Assembly: GCA_045600005.1 (NCBI GenBank)
Contig: JAZRXB010000330.1
Location: 1-54,098, forward strand
Length of the DNA: 54,098 nt
Source: Eubacteriales bacterium
GTDB taxonomy: Bacteria; Bacillota; Clostridia; Oscillospirales; CAG-272
Direction of reading: 5' to 3'
In this document: one piece after another, positions 1 through 9,471 of the stretch
Layout of the letters: every line of letters starts with the position of its first letter
How positions within the stretch are numbered: position 1 is the first letter of the stretch
The notes under the pieces: generated by a model
What the model saw: only the letters and a program-made list of their open reading frames with translations
The model's database searches: none
Told to the model about the DNA's origin: nothing
Program-made: the position numbers and the translations under genes

Positions 1-2
1 TC

Positions 3-1088
3 ATGGGCGGTACGCAGTCCAAGCTGACTATCGCTTCCAAACCGCCGACAATAGTAATGATGTGCGGTCTTCAGGGTGCAGGTAAAACAACTCACTGCGG
101 AAAGCTTGCAGGAATGTACAAAAAGCAGGGCAAGCGTCCGCTGCTCGTCGCCTGCGACGTTTACCGTCCCGCGGCGATCAAACAGCTCGAAGTGGTCGGC
201 GGACAGCTCGAGATCCCCGTCTTCCAGATGGGCGACAAGGTAAGTCCGGTCGAGATCGCCCAAAAAGGCATCGAACACGCAAAGCAGCACGGTCACGACA
301 TGGTGTTCATCGACACTGCCGGCCGTCTGCACGTCGACGAGGTGCTGATGAAGGAGCTTTCCGACATCAGGGAAGCGGTCGGTCCGACCGAGATCCTGCT
401 GGTCGTCGACGCGATGACCGGTCAGGACGCCGTGAACGTCGCGGAGTCCTTCAATGATCTGCTCGATATCACCGGCGTGATCTTGACCAAGCTCGACGGC
501 GATACACGCGGCGGCGCGGCTCTTTCGGTCCGTCACGTGACCGGCAAGCCGATCAAGTTCGTCGGAACCGGCGAAAAGCTCGACATGATCGAGCCGTTCT
601 ATCCCGACCGCATGGCGTCCCGCATTCTCGGCATGGGCGACGTGCTGTCGCTGATCGAAAAGGCGGAGCAGAGCTTCGACCAGAAGCAGGCGGAGGAGCT
701 GGAGCGCAAAATGCGCGAGCAGACCTTTACGCTGACCGACTTCCTTGAACAGTTCAGACAGGTGCGCGGCATGGGCTCCATTGAACAGCTGGTCGGCATG
801 ATCCCCGGCGTCAATCAGGCGGCCCTGAAGGACGTTAAGATGGATGAACGCCAGTTCGACCGCATCGAGGCGATCATCCTCTCGATGACGCCGGAGGAGC
901 GCGAAAAGCCCGATATCATCAACGCTTCCCGCCGCCGCCGCATCGCAATGGGGAGCGGCATGAAGGTCGAGGACGTCAACCGTCTGCTCAAGCAGTACGA
1001 TCAGATGAAGCAGATGATGAAAAAGATGACGCAGATGACGGGCGGAAAGCATTTCGGCAGGAAGGGACGCATGAAGTTCCCGTTCTGA
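3..1088 (+). CDS. ffh: Signal recognition particle protein Ffh (5'-truncated by window edge)
   Basis: GLQGAGKTT, DTAGR and TKLDGDTRGG SRP-GTPase motifs; Met-rich C-terminal M domain; followed by rpsP. Confidence 0.97.
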   Translation: MGGTQSKLTIASKPPTIVMMCGLQGAGKTTHCGKLAGMYKKQGKRPLLVACDVYRPAAIKQLEVVGGQLEIPVFQMGDKVSPVEIAQKGIEHAKQHGHDMVFIDTAGRLHVDEVLMKELSDIREAVGPTEILLVVDAMTGQDAVNVAESFNDLLDITGVILTKLDGDTRGGAALSVRHVTGKPIKFVGTGEKLDMIEPFYPDRMASRILGMGDVLSLIEKAEQSFDQKQAEELERKMREQTFTLTDFLEQFRQVRGMGSIEQLVGMIPGVNQAALKDVKMDERQFDRIEAIILSMTPEEREKPDIINASRRRRIAMGSGMKVEDVNRLLKQYDQMKQMMKKMTQMTGGKHFGRKGRMKFPF

Positions 1089-1174
1089 CCGTATTCAGAC
1101 GATGAAAGCTCCGCCTGACGGCGGATTTCAATAAAAATTCAAAAACAAATCAATTTTTTTGGAGGAAACTTATC

Positions 1175-1420
1175 ATGGCAGTTAAAATCAGACTCACCAG
1201 AATCGGTGCGAAGAAGAACCCCTACTACCGCGTTGTCGTCGCTGACTCCCGTTATCCCCGCGACGGTCGTTTCATCGAGTCCATCGGCACCTACAACCCG
1301 ATGGTAGACCCCGTTGAAGTCAAGATCGACAACGAAAAGGCCCAGCAGTGGATCAAGAACGGCGCACAGCCGACCGAAACCGTAAAGGCTCTTCTGAAGA
1401 AGACCGGCGCGATCGACTGA
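1175..1420 (+). CDS. rpsP: 30S ribosomal protein S16
   Basis: [35 protein letters not shown] signature; GGAGG RBS. Confidence 0.98.
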   Translation: MAVKIRLTRIGAKKNPYYRVVVADSRYPRDGRFIESIGTYNPMVDPVEVKIDNEKAQQWIKNGAQPTETVKALLKKTGAID

Positions 1421-1460
1421 GCTTTCCGCACGTCCATTCAGCAAGACCGGAGGCTTTGAT

Positions 1461-1697
1461 ATGGTTGAACTGAAAAAGGTTCTGACCGACATCGCAAAAG
1501 CGATCGTGGATGAACCGGATCAGGTTTCTGTCACCGAGACGGAGGACGAAGACGGCGTTCTGCTCGAGCTTCACGTCGCCGAGGATGATATGGGCAAAGT
1601 GATCGGCCGTCACGGCAAGATCGCCAAGTCTATTCGGCTTGTCATGAAAGCCGCCGCCAATATCGTCGATAAAAAGGTTACGGTGGAAATCCGATAA
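1461..1697 (+). CDS. khpA: KH-domain RNA-binding protein (KhpA/YlqC)
   Basis: DMGKVIGRHG GxxG KH motif; canonical position after rpsP. Confidence 0.92.
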   Translation: MVELKKVLTDIAKAIVDEPDQVSVTETEDEDGVLLELHVAEDDMGKVIGRHGKIAKSIRLVMKAAANIVDKKVTVEIR

Positions 1698-1721
1698 CCT
1701 GTCATACTGCGGTGAAAACCG

Positions 1722-1761
1722 AAATCCCGCTGCTTTTCATCCGAAAAGCAGCGGGATTTTT
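1722..1761. terminator. Bidirectional intrinsic terminator
   Basis: AAATCCCGCTGCTTTTC / GAAAAGCAGCGGGATTT inverted repeat followed by T run, between convergent genes. Confidence 0.85.
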
Positions 1762-1807
1762 CTGTTTCCGACACTTTTGATAATGCGGAGACCATCCGGC
1801 GGACGCC

Positions 1808-2227
1808 TCAGGTTTCCCGAAGCGCGGCGGCGATCTCCTCCGCCGCTTCCCGGATGAGCGCGGACAGAGCGGCGTCCTTTACGCCGACCACGATGTTCCG
1901 GCATTTATTGACCGGGATCAGAACGCGGAGCGCGTTCGACTGACCGACCGCTTTCGCCATTTTCGGCGTGACCTCGCCGGTCAGCGAGTCCGCAATGACG
2001 ATGCCGACCGGTCCGACGATCACGTCGGCGGTGCGGCAGGCGGCGATCACGGGATTTTCTCCGGTCGCGGCGGCGTCCGGACCGTATTTCAGCATATTGG
2101 CGGTCGCAATGCCGTTGGTGCCGACTGCGGTCAGCTCCGCGTCGGGACACGCGGTGCGCAGTGCGTCGATCAGCTGTCCGCCGATCCGTCCGCCCTGTCC
2201 GTCGATGATCAGGATCTGTCTGGTCAT
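1808..2227 (-). CDS. DUF3842-like protein
   Basis: IDGQGGRIG...AVGTN...ATGEN...GEVTPKMA...LIPVNKC pattern typical of this family; overlaps upstream stop. Confidence 0.8.
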   Translation of the reverse strand: MTRQILIIDGQGGRIGGQLIDALRTACPDAELTAVGTNGIATANMLKYGPDAAATGENPVIAACRTADVIVGPVGIVIADSLTGEVTPKMAKAVGQSNALRVLIPVNKCRNIVVGVKDAALSALIREAAEEIAAALRET

Positions 2228-3048
2228 GTCATAGACTCCTTTCCGCCGGTCGGCTTTTCGCCGAGCAGCGCGAGCGCGTTTTCACTGAAAATCTTCCGCC
2301 GAAGCGTTTCGGGGATGGAAAGCGCGTTCAGATAATCGCGCGTCACGTCGGGACGCGCCCACGGGAAATCGCTGCCGAACAGGATCTTATCCGGGTCGTG
2401 ACCGGTCAGCATCCGCTCTCCCTGTTTCGGGTCGAGGTGAAACATCACGGCAAGCGAGGTGTCGATCCAGAGGTCTTTCCCGATCAGAAGCCGCTCCGCG
2501 TCGTCCCAGAACCGGTTCGCACCCATATGGGCGGCGACGAAGCGCAGTCCCGGGAACCGTTTCAGCACTCGCAGGATCCGTTCGGGTGTGCAGTGCGGGC
2601 AGTCGGGCGACGCGAAATCCCATCCCGAATGACTGACGACGAACAGATCGTTTTCAAGCGCGGCGCGGTACACCGCGTCGAATTTTTCGTCGTCGACATA
2701 CGCTCCCATATAATCGGGATGGATCTTGACGCCGCGTATGCCCGCGTCGGCGAGACGGCGCGCTTCGGCAGAGATGCAGTCGCTGTCGGGGTTCAGCGAG
2801 CCGAGCGCACGAAGACGGGGGTGCGCGTTTGTTTCAATGGCGAAGCTATTGACGTTGTGCTGCTGGCGCGGATTGGTCGCAATGTTCAGCACGACCGAAA
2901 CGTCCGAGCCGCATTCGTCCATATGGCGGATCAGATCGGAGACCGTTCCGCCGCCTTCAGGACGGATGCCGCCGACGGCGGCGAGGCGCGGGATGGCTTT
3001 CCCGGCCAGCGCGTCGGGAAAAGCGTGTGTGTGGAAATCGATCAGCAC
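2224..3048 (-). CDS. Amidohydrolase-family metal-dependent hydrolase
   Basis: IDFHTH, GVKIHP, HSG, AAHMG, LFGSDFPW motifs; GTG start with GGAGG RBS. Confidence 0.88.
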   Translation of the reverse strand: MLIDFHTHAFPDALAGKAIPRLAAVGGIRPEGGGTVSDLIRHMDECGSDVSVVLNIATNPRQQHNVNSFAIETNAHPRLRALGSLNPDSDCISAEARRLADAGIRGVKIHPDYMGAYVDDEKFDAVYRAALENDLFVVSHSGWDFASPDCPHCTPERILRVLKRFPGLRFVAAHMGANRFWDDAERLLIGKDLWIDTSLAVMFHLDPKQGERMLTGHDPDKILFGSDFPWARPDVTRDYLNALSIPETLRRKIFSENALALLGEKPTGGKESMT

Positions 3049-3195
3049 GGGAAACCTCCATGAGAAGGTGATGATAATATTCTATTATACCTCCGAAAGG
3101 TGTCCATACTGTTGCGAAATTATGAACAATCTCATCATCGTCCAAATGAACGAAAAACGCCGGACCGCTTTGCGGCAGAAATGGCAGATTGCATA

Positions 3196-3224
3196 TTGAA
3201 AATTTCCGTTTCATGGTTTATAAT
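3196..3224 (+). promoter_or_regulatory. sigmaA-type promoter of decarboxylase operon
   Basis: TTGAAA-17bp-TATAAT. Confidence 0.7.
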
Positions 3225-3344
3225 ATAGTTATAATGGGGTAGAATAGTATTTATCCGTAAAAACCGACCGGATCCGACGGTTTTCGGGAAAAACATCTTG
3301 TTCTGCATCAAAAAAATCGCAAAATTTTTATTCGGAGGGAAAAC

Positions 3345-4829
3345 ATGGACAACAAAACGCAAAACAGTGCGCATGAGTTCAAGTCGGCGGCAGAGCTTCG
3401 CGCTCTCGCGGCAGGCGAGGCTTCCACTGCGAAGGAGCGCATCGCCGCTCTGTTCGACGAGGGGACCTTCGCTGAAACCGGCGCTTATGCACACAGAGTC
3501 GCCGCTGAATTCGGCGGCGCAAACGGAGAGCTTGAGGGAGTCGTCTGCGGATACGGTGCAGTCGACGGCAGACTCGTCTTCGCGTTCGCACAGGACTTTT
3601 CGAGAATGAAGGGCGCAGTCGGCGCCATGCAGGCAAAGAAGATCTGCGATCTGTATGATCTCGCCGTCAAGAACGGCTCTCCCATCATCGGTCTGTTCGA
3701 CAGCGCGGGCGCTTACGTGCTGGAAGGCGTCGAGGCGCTGGCAGGCTACGGCAGGATCATGAAGAAGGCCGCGGCGGCGTCCGGCGTGATCCCGCAGATC
3801 GCGGTGATCGACGGCATCTGCGGCGGCGCAATGGCAACGATCGCTTCGATGTTCGATTTCGTGATCGGCGCGGAAAAGACCGGCAGCTTCTACGTCAACC
3901 CGCCGTTCGTTCTCAACAATCTCGACAGGAAGGCTGACCTCGGTTCGATGAAGACCGGCGCGGCCAACGGTTCGATCGACGTCGTATGCGCTGACGACGC
4001 AGCGGCAGCCGCTTATGTGAGAAAGCTCCTTGCCTATATCCCGCAGAACAACGCGGACGGGACCGCCTATACGGCAACGAACGATGAGATCAACCGCCCG
4101 ACGCCCGACGCTGCGTCGATCATCGCGGCTGACGGCTATTCGATGACTGACGTGATCGCGGCGATCTCGGACGACGGCGCGTTCCTCGAGCTTGGCGAAA
4201 GCTGGGCGAAGTCGATGCTCACCGGCTTTGTGACGCTGAACGGCATGGTGATCGGCGTTGTCGCCAACCAGCCCTCCGTCAACGGCGGCAGACTGACCGG
4301 CTGCGCGGCAAAGAAGGCTGCCCGCTTCCTGTCCTTCTGCGACTGCTTCAAGGTCCCGGTCCTGACGCTGGTCGACACCGAAGGCTACGAAGTCTCGGTC
4401 GAAACCGAAAAGGCTCAGTACGGCGCGGCTCTTGCCAAACTCGCATCCGCCTACGCTTCGAGCGAAAACGCGAAGGTCACGGTGGTCCTCGGCAAGGCTT
4501 ACGGCTCCGCTTACACGCTGATGGGCTCGAAGTCTATCGGCGCGGACATCGCTCTTGCGGCAGATTCTGCAAAGATCTCCGCCATGCCGACCGCCAGCGC
4601 AGTCGCGTTCGCATGGAACGACAAGGTTACGGACAACGCAAAGCGCGGCGAAGTCGAAAAGGAATGGGATTCCGTGATGGCTTCCCCGGTCCTTGCCGCC
4701 AAAGCGGGCGAGATCGACGACATCATTTCGCTTGACGAGCTTCGCGTGCGCGTGTCCGCCGCTTTTGAAATGCTGGGCGCGAAGAACGCGCTCTGCCTTG
4801 CCAAGCGTCACGGCAATCTTCCTCTGTAA
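3345..4829 (+). CDS. Acyl-CoA carboxyltransferase subunit (MmdA/PccB-like, divergent)
   Basis: ERIAALFDEGTF, GVVCGYG, SGVIPQI, GVVANQP, KAARFLSFCDCF, KAYGSAY, KRHGNLPL. Confidence 0.88.
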   Translation: MDNKTQNSAHEFKSAAELRALAAGEASTAKERIAALFDEGTFAETGAYAHRVAAEFGGANGELEGVVCGYGAVDGRLVFAFAQDFSRMKGAVGAMQAKKICDLYDLAVKNGSPIIGLFDSAGAYVLEGVEALAGYGRIMKKAAAASGVIPQIAVIDGICGGAMATIASMFDFVIGAEKTGSFYVNPPFVLNNLDRKADLGSMKTGAANGSIDVVCADDAAAAAYVRKLLAYIPQNNADGTAYTATNDEINRPTPDAASIIAADGYSMTDVIAAISDDGAFLELGESWAKSMLTGFVTLNGMVIGVVANQPSVNGGRLTGCAAKKAARFLSFCDCFKVPVLTLVDTEGYEVSVETEKAQYGAALAKLASAYASSENAKVTVVLGKAYGSAYTLMGSKSIGADIALAADSAKISAMPTASAVAFAWNDKVTDNAKRGEVEKEWDSVMASPVLAAKAGEIDDIISLDELRVRVSAAFEMLGAKNALCLAKRHGNLPL

Positions 4830-4844
4830 GAAGGAGGATCCATC

Positions 4845-5252
4845 ATGAATTTCGGTTTTTTCGCAGTACCTTCGCTTCTGACCTCTGAGGCGGGCGGTCT
4901 GTTCGGCGCGGAGATGGGCAGCACGCTCACCTTCGGCGAACGGATCTCGACCGGTCTCACCGTCATGGGCGTCGGTATGCTGATCATTTTCTCGGTCCTC
5001 GCGCTGCTCTGGGGCATTCTGACGCTGTTCCGCATCGTGTTCTACGATATCCCGAACAAGAAGAAGGCCGCCGCTCCCGAAACGGAGCCGGAGCCCGCTG
5101 CCATTGAATCGCCCGAACCCGATTCCTCCGAAGAGGACGACGGCGAGCTGGTCGCCGCCATCACCGCCGCCATTACGCTGATGATGGAAGAAGAAGGCAA
5201 GCCGCAGACATCCTTCCGCGTCGTCTCGTTCAGACGCACGGCATCCAAATAA
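4845..5252 (+). CDS. oadG: OadG/MmdD-type membrane anchor subunit of Na+-translocating decarboxylase
   Basis: Single TM (GVGMLIIFSVLALL), Pro/Glu linker, ELVAAITAAI...FRVVSFRR. Confidence 0.85.
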   Translation: MNFGFFAVPSLLTSEAGGLFGAEMGSTLTFGERISTGLTVMGVGMLIIFSVLALLWGILTLFRIVFYDIPNKKKAAAPETEPEPAAIESPEPDSSEEDDGELVAAITAAITLMMEEEGKPQTSFRVVSFRRTASK

Positions 5253-5259
5253 CTGAGTA

Positions 5260-5443
5260 TAGCCGATTGTTTAATGCTTTAAGATGACAAACGTTATAAT
5301 AAAATCCGTTTTTATGTCGGCTTTGCCGACATAAAAACACCTCTAAGGCGAGCCCTCGCGCCGAGGGGAGCCGACAAAACAACGTTTTGTCGGCGGCGAT
5401 AAGCGCGAGTACCGATTGTAAAACGCAGTTTTACAATCGACTA
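5260..5443 (+). mobile_element. Miniature non-autonomous element (MITE-like), copy 1
   Basis: Terminal inverted repeats TAGCCGATTGT/ACAATCGACTA; flanked by direct repeat AATAACTGAGTA (5248-5259 and 5444-5455); homologous to three other copies. Confidence 0.88.
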
Positions 5444-5472
5444 AATAACTGAGTATATAAGGAGATCATATC

Positions 5473-5850
5473 ATGAGAAAATTCAATGTCACCGTAAACG
5501 GCAACGCATATGAAGTCGAAATCGAGGAAGTCGGCGCAGAAGCAGCCGCTCCCGCAGCCATCGCAGCTCCCGCGGCAGCTCCCGCAGCTCCCAAGGCAGC
5601 GGCTCCCAAGAAGGCGGCTCCCGCAGGCGCAGCCGGCGCAGTCAAGGTCAGCGCGCCGATGCCCGGCAACATCCTGAAGGTCAACGTTTCGGCCGGTCAG
5701 GTTATCAAGAGCGGCGAACTCCTCTGCATCCTCGAAGCCATGAAGATGGAAAACGAAATCCTCGCTCCGCAGGACGGCACGGTCGCATCGGTCAACGTTC
5801 AGAAGGGCGCATCGGTCAACTCCGGCGACGTACTCTTTACCCTCAACTGA
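5473..5850 (+). CDS. Biotin carboxyl carrier protein
   Basis: LEAMKMENE biotinylation motif; Ala/Pro linker. Confidence 0.95.
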   Translation: MRKFNVTVNGNAYEVEIEEVGAEAAAPAAIAAPAAAPAAPKAAAPKKAAPAGAAGAVKVSAPMPGNILKVNVSAGQVIKSGELLCILEAMKMENEILAPQDGTVASVNVQKGASVNSGDVLFTLN

Positions 5851-5881
5851 GAGCCGGCCGGTTCATAACTGAGGTGTTCAT

Positions 5882-7060
5882 ATGGGTGAAATGTTTTCAA
5901 ACCTGATCCAGTCGACGGGCTTCTATCAGCTCGCGCAGGATCCGGTCATGCTCGTCAAGACGCTGATCATGTACGGCTTCGTCATCGCCTTGATGTATCT
6001 TGCCATTGCAAAGGGCTTCGAGCCTCTGCTTCTTCTCCCGATCGCATTCGGTATGCTGCTTGCCAACCTGCCCGGCGCGAACCTGCTCCACATGGACCTG
6101 TTCCTCGGTGAGCATCTGGACGGCGGCAGGATCTTACAGGAAGGCAACCTGATCGACTTCCTGTATCTCGGCGTCAAGCTCGGCATCTATCCGTCCCTGA
6201 TTTTCATGGGCGTCGGCGCCATGTCCGACTTTACCGCTCTTATCGCCAACCCGAAGAGCCTTCTGATGGGCGCGGGCGCACAGCTCGGCGTTTTCGTCGC
6301 ATACTTCGGCGCACTGCTGATGGGCTTCGTTCCCGAAGCGGCCGCTTCCATCGGCATCATCGGCGGCGCGGACGGTCCTACCGCCATCCTCGTCACCAAG
6401 ACGCTCGCTCCGACGCTGCTCGGCGCGATCGCTATCGCCGCGTATTCGTACATGGCGCTGATTCCGATCATCCAGCCGCCTTTCATGAAGCTGCTCACGA
6501 CCAAGAAGGAACGTGAGATCGTCATGAAGGAGCTGCGTCCGGTCTCCCGCATTGAAAAGCTCATCTTCCCGGTCCTCGTCGCAGCGGTCGTTTCGATCAC
6601 GCTTCCCGACGCGGCTCCGCTGATCGGCTTCTTGATGTTCGGCAACCTTCTGAACGTCTGCGGCGTGACCGAGCGTCTGTCGAAGACCGCTCAGAACGAG
6701 CTGATGAATATCGTCACGATCTTCCTCGGCGTTTCGGTCGGCGCGACCGCGAACGCGGAGAACTTCCTCTCCTTCAAGACCATTGCCATTGTCGTTCTCG
6801 GTCTGATCGCCTTCTCGATCTCGACCTGCGGCGGTCTGCTGACCGGTAAGCTGATGTGCTTCTTAACGCACGGCAAGATCAATCCTCTGATCGGTTCCGC
6901 AGGCGTTTCCGCCGTTCCGATGGCGGCGCGCGTTTCGCAGGTTCAGGGGCAGAAGGTCAATCCCGCGAACTTCTTACTGATGCACGCAATGGGTCCGAAC
7001 GTGGCGGGCGTTATCGGTTCCGCCGTCGCGGCAGGCGTGTTCCTGTCTCTCTACAAATAA
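5882..7060 (+). CDS. oadB: Na+-translocating decarboxylase beta subunit
   Basis: FEPLLLLPI, IGIIGGADGPT, AYSYMAL, GVSAVPMAARV, MGPNVAGVIGS. Confidence 0.96.
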   Translation: MGEMFSNLIQSTGFYQLAQDPVMLVKTLIMYGFVIALMYLAIAKGFEPLLLLPIAFGMLLANLPGANLLHMDLFLGEHLDGGRILQEGNLIDFLYLGVKLGIYPSLIFMGVGAMSDFTALIANPKSLLMGAGAQLGVFVAYFGALLMGFVPEAAASIGIIGGADGPTAILVTKTLAPTLLGAIAIAAYSYMALIPIIQPPFMKLLTTKKEREIVMKELRPVSRIEKLIFPVLVAAVVSITLPDAAPLIGFLMFGNLLNVCGVTERLSKTAQNELMNIVTIFLGVSVGATANAENFLSFKTIAIVVLGLIAFSISTCGGLLTGKLMCFLTHGKINPLIGSAGVSAVPMAARVSQVQGQKVNPANFLLMHAMGPNVAGVIGSAVAAGVFLSLYK

Positions 7061-7087
7061 CCGTACAATCCGGAGGAATAACGATCT

Positions 7088-8485
7088 ATGGCTAAAGTAA
7101 AAATTACCGAAACCGTCTTACGTGACTCGCATCAGTCCCTGATCGCGACCCGTATGACGACCGATGAAATGCTTCCGATCCTCGCCGAAATGGATAAGGT
7201 CGGCTACTATTCCCTCGAAGCATGGGGCGGCGCTACCTTCGATTCCTGTATGCGTTTCCTCAACGAGGACCCGTGGGACAGACTGCGCAAGATCCGCGAG
7301 CAGGTCAAGAACACCAAGCTCCAGATGCTTTTCCGCGGTCAGAACAGCCTCGGCTACCGTCATTACGCCGACGACGTGGTGGAATACTTCGTACAGAAGT
7401 CCATCGCCAACGGCATTGACATTCTCCGTATCTTCGACGCTCTCAACGACCCGAGAAACCTGAAAACCGCGATCAACGCGACGAAGAAGGAAAAGGGTCA
7501 CGTTCAGGCGGCGGTCAGCTATACGACCGGTCCGGTCTACACGACCGAATACTACACCAAGTACGCGAAGCAGCTCGAGGAAATGGGCGCGGATTCGCTC
7601 TGCATCAAGGATATGGCAGGTCTCTTAAAGCCCTACGACGCTTACGAGCTGGTCAAGGCGCTCAAGGAAACCGTCAAGATCCCGATCCAGCTTCACACGC
7701 ACTACACCGCAGGTCTCGCTTCGATGACCGCTCTCAAGGCGATCGAAGCAGGCGTCGACGTGGTGGATACCGCGATCTCCCCGATGGCAATGGGTACGTC
7801 CCAGCCGCCTACGGAGCCGCTGGTCGCAACGCTCGCCGGCACACCCTACGATACGGGTCTCGACTTGAAGCAGCTCGACAAGATCTCCAAGTATTTCATG
7901 CCGCTTCGTGAGAAGTATCTCGCCAGCGGTCAGCTCGACCCGAAGGTCCTGAAGGTCGACGTCAACGCGCTGATGTATCAGGTCCCGGGCGGAATGCTGT
8001 CGAACCTCGTCTCCCAGCTCAAGCAGGCGGGCAAGTCCGACAAGCTGCTCGAGGTGCTGGAGGAAGTGCCGCGCGTCCGTGCGGACGCAGGCTATCCGCC
8101 GCTCGTCACCCCGTCCAGCCAGATCGTCGGTACGCAGGCTGTGTACAACGTCATCATGGGCGAACGCTATAAGACGGTCACGAAGGAATTCAAGGGCATC
8201 ATCCGCGGCGAATACGGCAAGACGCCGATGCCGATCAAGCCGGAATTCCAGAAGCAGATCATCGGCGACGCTACGCCGATCACCTATCGTCCGGCAGACG
8301 ATCTCAAGCCGGAGCTGGAAGCGCTCCGCGAAAAGGTCAAGCCGTGGGCAGTTCAGGACGAGGACGTTCTGTCCTACGCTCTGTTCGAGCAGGTTGCGAC
8401 CAAGTTCTTCGAGTGGAGAAAGAACCAGCAGTACGGTCTTGACGCCGATCACGCCGACGCTGAAAAGGGCATCCACACCGTCTGA
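7088..8485 (+). CDS. oadA: Oxaloacetate decarboxylase alpha / pyruvate carboxyltransferase subunit (no biotin domain)
   Basis: LRDSHQSL, WGGATFD, IKDMAG, HTH, QVPGGM, PPLVTPSSQIVG. Confidence 0.93.
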   Translation: MAKVKITETVLRDSHQSLIATRMTTDEMLPILAEMDKVGYYSLEAWGGATFDSCMRFLNEDPWDRLRKIREQVKNTKLQMLFRGQNSLGYRHYADDVVEYFVQKSIANGIDILRIFDALNDPRNLKTAINATKKEKGHVQAAVSYTTGPVYTTEYYTKYAKQLEEMGADSLCIKDMAGLLKPYDAYELVKALKETVKIPIQLHTHYTAGLASMTALKAIEAGVDVVDTAISPMAMGTSQPPTEPLVATLAGTPYDTGLDLKQLDKISKYFMPLREKYLASGQLDPKVLKVDVNALMYQVPGGMLSNLVSQLKQAGKSDKLLEVLEEVPRVRADAGYPPLVTPSSQIVGTQAVYNVIMGERYKTVTKEFKGIIRGEYGKTPMPIKPEFQKQIIGDATPITYRPADDLKPELEALREKVKPWAVQDEDVLSYALFEQVATKFFEWRKNQQYGLDADHADAEKGIHTV

Positions 8486-8506
8486 TCCTGATAGACGGTA
8501 ATAGTT

Positions 8507-8558
8507 GAAAGTCCCTGCGGGAACCGGTAAAAAACGGTTCCCGCAGGGACTTTCTTTT
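8507..8558. terminator. Bidirectional intrinsic terminator
   Basis: 20-bp stem GAAAGTCCCTGCGGGAACCG / CGGTTCCCGCAGGGACTTTC plus TTTT. Confidence 0.9.
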
Positions 8559-8575
8559 AGATCGACCGCGCAGAT

Positions 8576-9232
8576 TCAGGATAAAAGCGCTGCTTTCAGC
8601 TGTTCAGGCGTGTCGAGAAGGACCGATGCGCCGTGGTTTAACAGAAACTCCCTCGACCGGAAGCCCCATGTCACCGAAAGACAGGGAAGTCCGGCGTTTT
8701 TCGCGGTCTCGATGTCAACGTCTGAGTCGCCGACATAGACGGCGGCGGAGCGTTCGACCGCAAGATCGGTTAAAATGGCGTTGACCGAATCGGGCGCGGG
8801 CTTTTTGCGCACGCCCGCCGCTTCGTTTTCACCGACGGCGGCGTCGAATAATCCCGGAAAATACCGCTCGCAGAGGTCCTTTACCGCGAAATCCGCCTTG
8901 TTGGAGACGACGGCGGTGCGGCAGCCGGCGTCACGCAGCGCGGCGAGCAGTTCGGGAATGCCGTCGTAAGGGCGCGTTTTGTCGGCGCAGTGGGCTTTGT
9001 AGTGGGTCTTGAAGAACGCGAACACTTCGTCGGTCAGATCTTTTGACGTTCCGGCAGGGACCGAGCGCTCGATCAGCAGACGGATGCCGTTCCCGATAAA
9101 GCCGCAGATCACGTCGGTGGGAAGGGGCGGCAGAGAATGGGCGGAAAGAGCGGCGTTGACTGAGGCGGCAAGATCGTCGAGCGTGTCGAGGACGGTCCCG
9201 TCAAGGTCGAATATGACAAGCTGGATTTTCAT
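8576..9232 (-). CDS. HAD-family phosphatase (phosphoglycolate phosphatase-like)
   Basis: FDLDGT, VVSNK, KKPAPD, YVGDSDVD, VTWGF. Confidence 0.9.
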   Translation of the reverse strand: MKIQLVIFDLDGTVLDTLDDLAASVNAALSAHSLPPLPTDVICGFIGNGIRLLIERSVPAGTSKDLTDEVFAFFKTHYKAHCADKTRPYDGIPELLAALRDAGCRTAVVSNKADFAVKDLCERYFPGLFDAAVGENEAAGVRKKPAPDSVNAILTDLAVERSAAVYVGDSDVDIETAKNAGLPCLSVTWGFRSREFLLNHGASVLLDTPEQLKAALLS

Positions 9233-9259
9233 GATGCTTCTCCCATGATATGTTATGGT

Positions 9260-9457
9260 TAGCCGATTGTTTAATGCTTTAAGATGACAAGCGTTATAAT
9301 AAAATCCGTTTTTATGTCGGCTTTGCCGACATAAAAACTCCTCTAAAGCGAGCCATGGCGAGCCCTCGCGCCGAAATGGGGAGAGCTGACAAAATAAATT
9401 TTGTCAGCAGCGATAAGCGCGAGTACCGATTGTAAAACGCAGTTTTACAATCGACTA
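9260..9457 (+). mobile_element. MITE-like element, copy 2
   Basis: Same TIRs; flanked by TATGTTATGGT direct repeat (9249-9259 and 9458-9468). Confidence 0.88.
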
Positions 9458-9471
9458 TATGTTATGGTATC

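Noticed and set aside
5260-9260. Element copies 1 and 2 start exactly 4000 bp apart and could bound a composite transposon
   Set aside because: Each copy has its own distinct flanking duplication, so they are independent insertions; the spacing is treated as coincidence.
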